Below, piece after piece: positions 25,170 to 35,306 of a stretch of 64,000 nucleotides of DNA. Numbering within the stretch: the first letter of the stretch is position 1; every line of letters starts with the position of its first letter. The position numbers were made by a program, and so were the translations under genes. The notes beneath the pieces were generated by a model that worked only from the letters and a program-made list of their open reading frames with translations, had not been told where the DNA came from and ran no database searches. The DNA is from Selaginella moellendorffii (Eukaryota; Plantae; Lycopodiophyta): assembly GCF_000143415.4 (NCBI RefSeq), contig NW_003314262.1, positions 1,929,046-1,993,045 of the forward strand, given 5' to 3'.

Positions 25170-27274
25170 AGAGTCTAACGAAATGCAAAGTGCACTCTGC
25201 CACCAAGCATAATGCTACAAAAGAAAGGCACAAGGGTCACCTTTCTAGAAAAGTGCAACGGCCACTTTTCTTACACCAACTCCAGACTCTATACAACTCA
25301 ATTGCCTTATCCCCAAAAGTCAGCATTCCTTTTGGGTTGCATCATACAGACTACTTACTAAGGTTTAAGTTAACCGAAGTCAACCCCAACCCTTTCGCTA
25401 GTTTGTACTAGCTTACGAAAATAGAATGGTTTTCAAGCAAAGTGATCAACAGATCAGCCATTGGATAAGTCTAAGAAAATTTGTGGAAAATTTTCCATCC
25501 TAGAGAAAGAATGACTCTTGGTCTAGGAATACAAACTTCCAAGATTCAACCAACTTCTTCCTACTAACAACTTCACATAGGTTCACCTCAACACCAATTC
25601 TCATGACCCATAGTATGCTTAAGCATCGAACATCTTTTTGCCCATATTTCTGACATCCAACTCCGACATCTGCCAAAATGCAAAGTGATCATCTAAGGCT
25701 TGATCACGAAGACCATATCTTCGGATATTCACATTGCACTAACACTCTTCTTCAACCATTTTCAGGATTCAATTTGAAGCTAAAACACTAACAAGAAAAA
25801 TGACATGGAAAATCAAGCTCTAAGGAAAATTCCTCATCACTCAAAATAACAATGCCACTTCCACTAACACAAGTGCTAGCGATGTCAATGCCTCAACTAC
25901 ACACTTTCTCCATCCAATAATTTACTCCAAGTGTTAACGGACCAACTGACAAGCCATAGCAAGTGAATGCTACAACCCTTTTCCAACACCTTAGTGGGCA
26001 AACTCAAGGAAACAAGGAACCAACTTAAGCTTAGCATAATGAACCACCATCGAGAATCCAGTCAAAGCTACTACAATGCTATTTCGTGCAAGTAGACTAA
26101 TTTCTCCATCAACCACTTTGGGGTTGATCATCATTTAACCAAGCAACTTCGTAAACACATTGCTCATTATCACATGGATATGATATAGAAATCACAATGA
26201 CTTGATCATCAATTGAGCAACACCACGAGCAATGCCAATGTCATTACTTCAAAGGCTTATGTGAGTATCAAGTGCCAACTCAATTCGACAAAATGCAACA
26301 TAAATGCCACACTCCACTGATAGAGATTTACAACACTCAACATCACTAACTTTTGTTCACAACATGAACAAACTCATGCCACTCTCTATCCAACCAAACT
26401 CAAAACTAATCCAACATCAAGCTACTCAAGGAACAATAGCAAGGTTCCCCAGAAAATAATTGAGCATTGCAACCCAAGTCTTCCAATAGCAAGCTATCGC
26501 GAATGTGACTTTGGGTATCGAAAGTTACCTGTCAACCAGTCCTTACGGACACTCTTACCTTACTGCCACGATGGTAGGAGGTTGGTATTGCTGGACCCTT
26601 TATCAGTCCCTCTTGTGCTAGTGGAGTTAACACCTCGTTGCAAATCATCTCTCCAAGAAGAGAAAATGATTTACGTATTTGATCCTCTGTCCTCGATGAC
26701 TCTCTTTTCGATCTCATCTTTGACCAAACCTCAAGCTTGCTTTCGCACTGCCTTCAGTTCAATCCAAGAAAAGTTTATGAGAGAGCACGGCAATGATTAC
26801 TTGAACCAATAGACTAATCCCTACAGTCTTGGTTGATTCACTTGTAATCATGCCTAGGAAAGATCCACTAGCGCCATGCTAAACAGCTATGGACCAGCCT
26901 ATTTGCCACTCATAGCAAACTCAGGGAAGGTTTACTTTCACCCACGGTACATGGAACAACTTATGGAACCACTGATAGGCTAACATTAATCCTGCCCACT
27001 CAAAGTTTAATCACTAGTTGCTAATGTGCCTCACTCACGAGCCCAAGCGTAAACTCGTGCTAACAGAGCATCTCAAATCCATTCTATGAGCCCAAGAGAA
27101 AGCTCACATTATTAGGTACAAAAAGTAACCAAAACCATACCCAAGGAACGAATGTGAACCCTTTGCACCAAACATGTACCCACTTAGATCATCGTTTTCA
27201 TCTCTACATATGCAACGAGACTAGTTGCCCAATCTCATTGAATAGTACTCGCTGAGACTCATCCTCTGATACCA
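25170..27274 (-). mobile_element. Degenerate LTR-retrotransposon internal region (possibly Copia-like gag-PR) with tRNA-Met PBS
   Basis: Minus-strand TGGTATCAGAG at 27264-27274, next to an LTR end at 27277; only weak coding remnants. Confidence 0.45.
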
Positions 27275-27276
27275 AA

Positions 27277-27900
27277 TGTAGCACACCTTTATCCTATGGT
27301 AATTTACCATAGGATAACACCACGAAGTGGAACCTAAACCCTTTTTGTGCCACATGACAAATGCCATGTGTCACATGCCATGTGTCCATGCCACGTGTCC
27401 ATAGGAACCTGAGGTTCAGGTCCTTGGGCCACTGAACAAAGGAATGGTGCCAAACTCCCAAGCGTGGAGCCAAGGAGTGATGGAACCGAATCACGAAGCA
27501 ACTCCCCAGCATAAAGCCTAAGGAGCAAAGGGACAGGGGCCCGGAGCGACTTGGAACAGTCCTAGAGTAACCAGCATCCCAATGCCAGGACCAGCACACA
27601 AAACGGAGCCAAACGGAGTCTGGCGCTATTTCGGCATACCGGTGGCCTAACGCGAGGATATGGGTACTCCACCAACTAGCATGGAATGGAACTTGGGCTT
27701 AGACCCAAGCCAGACGCAGAACAAGGACAGACACGCAAGCGGGAGCTAGACTATGCCTCAGGTTGGTCAGCCATGCCCGACCTACCCACTATCCCTACTA
27801 TACATTTGGAACCCCCCACAGCCCCCCCCCCCCCCCCCCCCTTTGAGGAACACACGCTTTGGGCTTTCACCCCAAGCCTCCCTTAGTACCAGGAGTTAGT
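27277..27900 (-). repeat. LTR fragment (family C), interrupted by the chromovirus LTR at 27901
   Basis: Begins tgta beside the PBS; 27600-27900 is homologous (inverted) to 41220-41520 and 19370-19650. Confidence 0.6.
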
Positions 27901-29095
27901 TGTAAGGAACCGACTCCCCGAGATGTCGTAGGCTAAAGGATCCCCAAAAGCTTGACCGAAATGACAAAGAGTTCATCAGATGGGACCAAGTTGAGGATCG
28001 AGTCCAAGACCGACTCTAGGACCGAGTTCGAGATAGAGTCCGGAATCGAGTCCGAGACCGACTCGGGGACCGAGTTCGAGTCCGAGTTCGAGACCGAGTT
28101 CGAGACGGAGTCCGAGATCCGAAATCGGGTCTGAGACCGAGTCCGAGGTCGAGTCCGAGGTCGGGTCCGAGATCGGGTCCGAGATCGAGTCTGAGATCGG
28201 GTCCGAGATCGAGTCCGAGATCGAGTCCGAGACCGAAGCCGAAGTTGGATCCGAAATCGGGTCCGAGATTGAGCCAGAGACTAAGTCCAAGTACTAATAC
28301 GGGTCAAGGGGTGAAAGCCCAAAGCGTGCGTCTCCCAGGGGGGGGGGGGGGGGGGGGGGCCTTCCGGGGGTTCCCAAAATTTTGTAGGGATAGTGAGGTC
28401 CAGGAACCAGTCTTGAAGGAACTCTCCAGTGGTGCTTCCAAACTGACTTGAGGTTGAGACTGGGGCCGAGGGGCCTTGGGTGGGAGTGAGCATGGGCCTG
28501 AGTGGTGCCGGAGGGGCCACCTAGGGAAGTGCTCAAGAGCAGCTCCCACTCCCGAAAGGGAAACCGACTGCGGTGCTCCTGGCTCAGGTGGAGTGGTACC
28601 CCACTTGAGTACCTTGAGGCTCATTGGTCCTCGCCCTTCCTAGGGGCTTGGGCCTTCCCTTTGGGATGGAAGTGGGGGGGTAGAGGTACCCATACCGGGC
28701 CGTTAGGCCACGGTGTTTCGCCCCGACGTCCCGAAACAAGTGCTGCACCCAAGGCTTGGGATTTAGAGGGTCCCATGATCAAGTCTTGTGGCACCTTGGG
28801 GTGTTAGGAATCTGGAGGCTTGGTGTGCTTGGCTGCTTGTGCCTGCGGGGAGTGTAGCTGAACCTTAAGTCCAGTCTAACCCGGGGAGGGGGATTGAGAG
28901 AGATTTGGGAATCCGTAGATGGATGGCTAACACTCCGTTGCTCATGCAGTGAGTAGCTGAAACCAAGTAGGACCAAGTAGGAGCTAGTACCATAGGTGAG
29001 AACCTTGGCGAGGGAACTTAGCACAAGCCAAGGCAGAGTTGGTCGGATAGTCGAGGTAAGCTGGCAAATTGGAAAGGAAAAATTTGTGGCTTACA
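27901..29095 (+). repeat. 5' LTR (family A) with GAGTCC/GAGATC hexamer array and poly-G tract
   Basis: tgtaaggaacc...ggcttaca; homologous LTRs at 21661-22798, 47643-48394 and 50208-58382 (interrupted). Confidence 0.85.
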
Positions 29096-29098
29096 ATT

Positions 29099-29110
29099 TG
29101 GTATCGGAGC
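29099..29110 (+). promoter_or_regulatory. Primer-binding site (initiator tRNA-Met type)
   Basis: TGGTATCGGAGC, 3 nt after the LTR end. Confidence 0.8.
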
Positions 29111-31465
29111 CTCTTCCTCAGTTCTAGCGAAGGATAAAGGCGGATTGCTGGGAGATGGCAAGGGCGGGACGTAAGCGAACCCAGGCGGAGACGGAACCTC
29201 CTCCGGAGCTGGAGCCTCCGGTCGAACAAGAGGCTATGGATGAGGAATCCTTGCATGAGGAGGACTCCAGTGAGGCAACTTCCAAACAAGAGTCCGGTGG
29301 TGAGGTTCGGTCGTCCAAGGCTCGATTGGACGTTCTAGAAGGACAATTGGCACAGACAAATGCTCTGCTAGAGACTCTCGTACGCAAGCTAAAGCGTGAT
29401 GGGAAGCAGAAGAAAAAGTGAAAGACTGCGGATGCTGGCAGCGCAGAAGGTGCGGACCCTTCGGCAGGGACTGAGGCAAAACCAGACAAGGTCGAACAGA
29501 CCGAAGTGGAATCAGTCCCTCAGGCAGTTCCCAAATACAAACCGAAGCCCCCACCAGTCTTCAAGGGAGTGAACAAAGGGTATGTTAGGTTGAGCAAGTC
29601 GCCATATGGGGCGCCGGTGTTATTTGTGAAAAAGAAAGATGGATCTATGCGCATGTGCATAGACTACCGGTTGCTCAACAAGTATACAAAGAAGAACAAA
29701 TACCCTTTGCCAAGGATTGAGGACCTATTCGATAGGTTGGGAAAGGCAAAATACTTCTCGAGGATTGACCTAAGGTCAGGATACTACCAGATCAGGGTAG
29801 CCGAGGAAGATGTCGAGAAGACAACCTGTCGAACGAGGTATGGGAGCTTTGAGTTTCTGGTGATGCCCTTCGGGCTATGTAATGCGCCGGCAACGTTTTC
29901 GGCTCTAATGAACCACATCTTTGTACCCTATCTGGATCACTTCATGGTCGTCTATATCGACGACATCCTGATCTATAGCGAGACGCTAGAGGAGCATGCC
30001 GAACACTTGGCGAAGGTGTTTGAGAAACTAAGGGAACACAAGCTGTATGCTAAAGAGAGCAAATGTGACTTTGCTCAACAAGAGGTAAAGTTTCTCGGGC
30101 ATGTGATGGGCCAGGACAGGCTCAAGGTGGACCCGGAGAAGGTCCAAGCGATCCAGGAATGGGAGCGACCAGCCAATGTACACGAGTTGAGGGCATTCCT
30201 GGGGCTATGCAACTACTATCGAAAGTTTATCAGACACTATTCGAGAGTAGCCCTGCCCTTAACGGACCAAACAGGAAAAGGGAAGATAGTGTGGACAGCG
30301 GAATGCGAGGCGGCATTTGTCCACCTCAAAGGGAAGTTGAGGAAGGCTCCCGTATTGGCATTACCAGACTTTGGTAAGGACTTTGAGGTAGAAACGGACG
30401 CTTCGGACTTTGTGTTGGACGTAGTTTTGAAGCAAGATAACCATCCAGTAGCGTTCTTCTCGAAGAAGTTGGAGAAGGCTCAAAGGAAGTGGCCTGCCCA
30501 CGAAAAGGAACTATTTGTGGTGGTCAAGGTGCTCAAGGAGTGGTGACACTACCTTGGGAGACACTTCAAGGTTTACACGGACAATGTGGCAACGAAACAC
30601 TTCTTGTCACAGCCCGACCTGAGAGGGAAACAGGGTCAATGGGCCAATGCCTTGGCCGAGTTTGATTGCGAGATTTTGTACAAGCCTGGGAAGAGCAACA
30701 TCGTGGTAGATGTGTTGAGTCGAAAAGCGAGCTTGAAGTTGGCGATATCCAATGCGACAGCAACCTTTTGGGATGATGTGCGGACAACATATGAGAATGA
30801 TGGTCTAGCACAAGAAGTGTTGCTGAGGAATCTAAAGGCACGGGAAGCTCACCAAAGAGGTGAGCTGCCAACGGAAGAGAAAACGGGCTATGCAGAACGC
30901 AACGAACTCATCTATTACAAGCGAACGAGGGTGTATGTTCCAGAAGGGGAACTAAGGAAGGTAGCCTTAGAAGAGTGTCATGACGGACCTCTTGTGGGAC
31001 ACGGCGGAGTGCCCAAGATGATGGGCTTACTCAAGAGGAAGTACCATTGGCCAGATATGGCTAAGGACGTCCAAGACTATGTAAAGACATGTCCAACATG
31101 TCAGCAGGTAAAAGCTGTGACTAAGGCTAGTGGGGGCTTGTTGCAAAGCATCCCAATTCCAGATCGCCCGTGGAAATGTCTTACGATGGACTTCATCACG
31201 GGACTCCCCCCAAGCGAGGGGTTTGATGCGATATTCGTGGTGGTGGACCGATTTTCGAAAATGGCACACTTCATACCCACCACAATGGAGGTGGATGCGG
31301 AAGGTGTGGCAAAGCTGTTCTTCAAACAAGTGGTTCGAGTGCGGGGAAGACCGGAAGAGATCATCTCAGATCGAGATAAGATCTTCACCAGTAGCTTCTG
31401 GAGGACTCTCCTGGAACAGTATCGCACCAAGTTGAAATTCAGCACAGCCTATCACCCACAGACAG

Positions 31466-31511
31466 GTATGGGGTATTGATTCAAGTTGTTGGCACTAACA
31501 CTTCTTGACAG
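31466..31511 (+). other. Spliceosomal intron (46 nt) within the integrase HPQT-DGQTE motif
   Basis: GTATGG...CACTAAC (branch point)...TTCTTGACAG; excision restores AYHPQTDGQTERVN exactly. Confidence 0.85.
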
Positions 31512-31929
31512 ACGGACAAACAGAAAGGGTGAATAGGCAGCTGGAGGATTATTTGCGATGCTATGTCTCGGGAGACCAGACCGATTGGGTAAGTCATTTG
31601 GGACTTGCGGAGATGTGTTATAACAACTCACCACATTTGAGTATCGGGGTGAGTTCATGGGAAGTCATCAATGGGCGAGCTATTGAAGGTCCTGTGGAAC
31701 TCGGCATGGCCGAGTATCATGGAGAGTTGCCCGCAGTGGAGGCATTCACGGTGGAAAGACTCAGCATTTGGAATCTAGTGAGGGATTCCTTGGAACGGGC
31801 TCAACAAAGGCAAACCAAATATGCGAACCAGAAGCGTTGGGATGTAGAGTTCCAAGCTGGGGAGAAGATGTGGCTGAACACCAAAAACCTCAAACTACCA
31901 AGTGAGATCAGCCGAAAGTTGACCCAAAG

Positions 31930-31981
31930 GTAAAGATGCATGTATTCCTATAAATGAATTGATCTTGAGTTCCTTAAGCAG
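31930..31981 (+). other. Spliceosomal intron (52 nt) within the integrase GPY motif region
   Basis: GTAAAG...TTAAGCAG; excision restores KLTQRFAGPY exactly. Confidence 0.85.
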
Positions 31982-32330
31982 GTTCGCGGGGCCTTACGAG
32001 ATTGAGGCACAAATCGGTAAAGTGGCTTACCGACTCCGACTTCCTCGAGAGATGGGGAAGATGCACCCAGTGTTCCACGTGAACTTACTCAAGCCGTACT
32101 TTGAGGATTTGCTTCGCAAGGACCAAGTGAGACCTTTACCTGAGGTTATCCAAGGGGAAGAGGAATACGAAGTCGAGGCCATCCTCAATGCGCGCAAGAG
32201 CAAGCGACAAGGACGCGAGGTGAGAGAGTTCCATGTGAAGTGGAAAGGATTTCCACACTGCGAAGCAACATGGGAACCGGAGGAGAACCTAGCGAACGCG
32301 CGAGATCTAGTGGAGGAATTTCTGCAAGGC

Positions 32331-33372
32331 AGAACTCTATGTACTTATGCAAAATTCAATTAAAAATATCAATTTGCAAAGTTGAGCAAGTGGCATATGT
32401 TGGGACCCGAAGGCGCGCCAAAGGTAAAATTTCTTGGACATATAGTCGGTGGTGGCGTAATTGAGGTTGATCCAAAGAAAGTGGAAGCGGTGAAGTCCTG
32501 GGAAGTCCCGACCACTGTATCAGATGTTCATTCTTTTCTTGGTTTCGCGGGATACTATTGCAAGTTTGTCCGCAATTTTGCAAGAATTGCTCTTCCGTTG
32601 ACTGAGTTGACGAAGAGTAGTATTCCGTTTCATTGGACACCAGCTTGCCAGCGTGCTTTTGTACGGTTGAAGGAGATCTTGACTACGGTTCCTGTTCTCA
32701 GGATCCCAGATCTTGATAAACCCTTCAAAGTGAATTGTGATGCATCTGGCTATGCTATTGGTGTTGTATTGCAGCAAGATTGTGACAAAGCGGTTGGTGT
32801 TACGCTAAGGCAACTTGGTTGTCCTGTTACATTCTATTCTAAGAAATTGGATGAAACTCAACGAAGATGGCCAATGCATGAGAAAGAGATAGTGTCGGCC
32901 TTGGAACACTGGAGACACTACTTAGGTGGACACACCAAGGTTTATATAGATAGTAACATATTGAGCTACTTTGCTATGTAGCCTAAGCTTACACTGAAGC
33001 AGGCTCATTGGCAAGAGAAGCTTGCTAGATATAATATTGAAATCATATATAAACCTGGAAAAGACAATATTGTTCCAAATGCATTGAGTGGTCGAGCTCA
33101 GTTCTAGGCAATATTGGCAATCAGTTCAGACTGGTTGGAGGATGTTCGGGTTTTATACGGAAGTGATCCATTGGCAAAGACAATCTTGCACCATACGGAG
33201 TTGTTGAAGCAGAACCCTGGTAGCGACGGCGAAAGCTGTTAGTCGAACCAATGCGAAACTTCACTTTTCAATTCAGGATGGGCTTATATTCTATAAGCAA
33301 GAAAGATTGTATCTTCCCTCTAAGGATCTGTAGCAGTTGTTTCTACGGGAACATCATGATGTTCTAGCAGTA
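32331..33372 (+). pseudogene. RT-thumb/RNase H fragment of a different Ty3/Gypsy element
   Basis: VKFLGHIV..VDPKKVEAVKSW, NCDASGYAIG, FYSKKLDETQRRWP; abuts the chromodomain. Confidence 0.8.
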
Positions 33373-33636
33373 GGTATCGAAAGATACTTGTTGGCCAGTC
33401 CTTATGGACACTCTTTCCTTACTGCCATGACGGCAAAAGGTCGGTACAGTTAGTTCCTTTTATCGTTCCCACTTGAGCTAGTTGAGAAATTGGTCAATGA
33501 CCGTGTACTTAAATCAGATAAACATAAGGTAGGAACCCTATGTGTTTCTTGCTGAGCATACTCAGCCTGGTTTGAGAAACTCTTATCATTGTTTTGCACT
33601 TGCTAATATCAAGAAGCCCCACGATATTGAGAATAG

Positions 33637-35306
33637 TGTGAGACACAAAATCCCTAGGCCCCAAAGTGGAGCCGGAAAGGGTGCCACGTGGTAGTGGCCG
33701 AAGCGAAAGCCCAAACGAGTGTAACACGTTTGGACTAAAAGCTCTGACTTGGAAGGTCGAGAGCGGGAGTGGAACTCCCAACAAAGTGCTCAAGGAGCGA
33801 GCACAAAGCGAGCAATAAGCAAGGCTCCAAAAAGGGACCCAAAAAGGACCAACACATGACACGTGGAAGAGTCCGAGATAGACCCGAGATGGAGTCCGAG
33901 GTGGACCGAGACGGAGTCCGAGATGGACCCGAGATGGAGTCCGAGATGGAGTCCGAGATGGACCCGAGATGGAGTCCGAGATGGAGTCCGAGGTGGACCG
34001 AGATGGAGTCCGAGATGGACCCGAGACAGAGTCCGAGATGGACCCGAGACAGAGTCCGAGATGGAGTCCGAGATGGACCGAGATGGAGTTCGAGATGGAG
34101 TCTGAGATGGAGTCCGAGAAGGACCCGAGATGGAGTCTGAGGTCGAGACCGAGACCGGGACCGAGACCGAGACCGAGACCAGGACCGAGACTGAGACCGA
34201 GGCCAAGGCTGAGACCAAGCCCGAGCCTGAGTCCAAGTCCGAGTCCGAGTCCGAGTCCGAGTCCGAGTCCGAGTCCGAGTTCGAGTCTGAGAGGGTGAAA
34301 GCCCAAAGCGTTCGTCTCCCAGACCCTGGGGGGTTTGGTGAGCTCCAAAAGTATAGTAAGGGGGAGGAATGCAGTGGAGCCAGTGTGGCCAGGAAAGGCC
34401 AGTGTGGCCAGGAAAGGCCAGTTTGGCCCAGGAAGGGCCCGACCCAGTGTTGGGTGATGAACTGACCACTGGGAAGTCCAAGACTAGAGTGAATACGGAC
34501 CGACAAGCGGGGTAGCTTGGTGAAGTGTTCAAGAGCCGGCTCTAGTTCCCCCGGGAGATCGACTAGCCGATGCTCCCAGTCCAAGTGTGGGTGGCACTAC
34601 CTACTTGGATACCAGGCGTGGCTCAACGGAACCTCGCTCTAAGCCCATGGCTAGAGCACCTAAAGGCGGAAGGCGAGGAGAGTACCCACGGGGCTCGCGT
34701 AGGCCCACGGTGTTTCGAAATGTTGTCCCGGAGTCCCAAATGGAGAAAGGAGGAAGAGCAGTCCTCTAGTGTGGTGATTAAGGATACAGTCACATGGTGA
34801 GGAAGTCCCGGAGGACCATGGGACTTAGTGGTCGGGCCTGTGGGCCTTGATCGAGTGGCAGTGTTGGCGAACATGGCCATGGACAGAAAAGGGACTTGGT
34901 AGGAACTGACAAAGGGATATTGGGGAAGGCTATTCCCCATGTCTGTGGGCATCCTAAGGATGCTAAAGAGTGGATCTAGGTTGACCACTCGTGGACGGAT
35001 GGCCCAGTCTTGGAGAGACGGGATTGTGATGCAAGTGGTATTGGACCACTAGTGCGGCAAAGGTGAATGGGCATGGCCTTAGCGTAACGGGCCGATATGT
35101 CAGTGGTGCCTTTGGGTGTCGGTCTTGGGACCGGACACGTGGAGCACTTGGACTAAGTGCAAGCGATGAGTGGCATGGATGCCATTCTTGGGCTAGCAAG
35201 CCCCAAGTCCTGAATTGGACTTAAGGGGGTTGTGAATGAGACTCCTCCAAGCGGTCGAAGGTGTGGTTAAGTGACTAAAGTAGAATGGAAAAATTAGTCG
35301 CTTACA
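33637..35306 (+). repeat. 5' LTR (family B) with GAGTCCGAGATG tandem array
   Basis: Nearly identical to 39337-40969 except for array length. Confidence 0.9.

Larger units (their letters stand above)
27901..32330 (+). mobile_element. Chromovirus-type Ty3/Gypsy element (LTR, PBS, deleted gag/PR, RT-RH-INT-chromodomain) with two introns in integrase; no 3' LTR
   Basis: LTR 27901-29095 (TG..CA); PBS TGGTATCGGAGC 29099-29110; RT YIDD; RH ETDASDF; INT HxxxxxxxH..CxxC, MDF..VVDRFSK, SDRD; chromodomain EYEVEAIL...FHVKWKGF...TWEPEENL. Confidence 0.9.
29155..32330 (+). pseudogene. gag fragment-RT-RH-INT-chromodomain polyprotein pseudogene
   Basis: ORFs 29155-29421, 29506-30546, 30586-31479, 31505-31933, 31959-32363; TGA stops at 29419 and 30544; introns at 31466-31511 and 31930-31981. 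Confidence 0.85.

Noticed and set aside
26520-26625. Weak resemblance (minus strand ctagcacaagagggac) to the LSU rRNA sarcin-ricin loop
   Set aside because: Only a short match, lying in a dispersed retroelement-associated repeat with no further rRNA similarity.
27350-27400. ATGCCATGTGTC repeats resembling the transposon palindrome
   Set aside because: Direct tandem repeats in an LTR; they lack the inverted TGGCRTG-N6-CAYGCCA geometry.
32341-32425. Possible third intron in the RT fragment after the chromodomain
   Set aside because: AT-rich insert starting GT, but no clean AG acceptor that restores the RT motif.
33860-34290. CRISPR-like or coding interpretation of the GAGTCCGAGATG arrays (also 22400-22720, 27990-28290, 39560-39970, 48040-48310, 50725-51150, 56825-57160) and their ORFs
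   Set aside because: Short tandem hexamer repeats inside LTRs with no unique spacers; the ORFs are stop-free repeat translations in several frames.
34286-34310. Possible hammerhead ribozyme core (CTGAGAG-GGTGAAAGCC-CAAA) suggesting a retrozyme
   Set aside because: Does not match CUGANGA...GAAA, no stems I/III are evident, and the CTGA part is absent in other copies.
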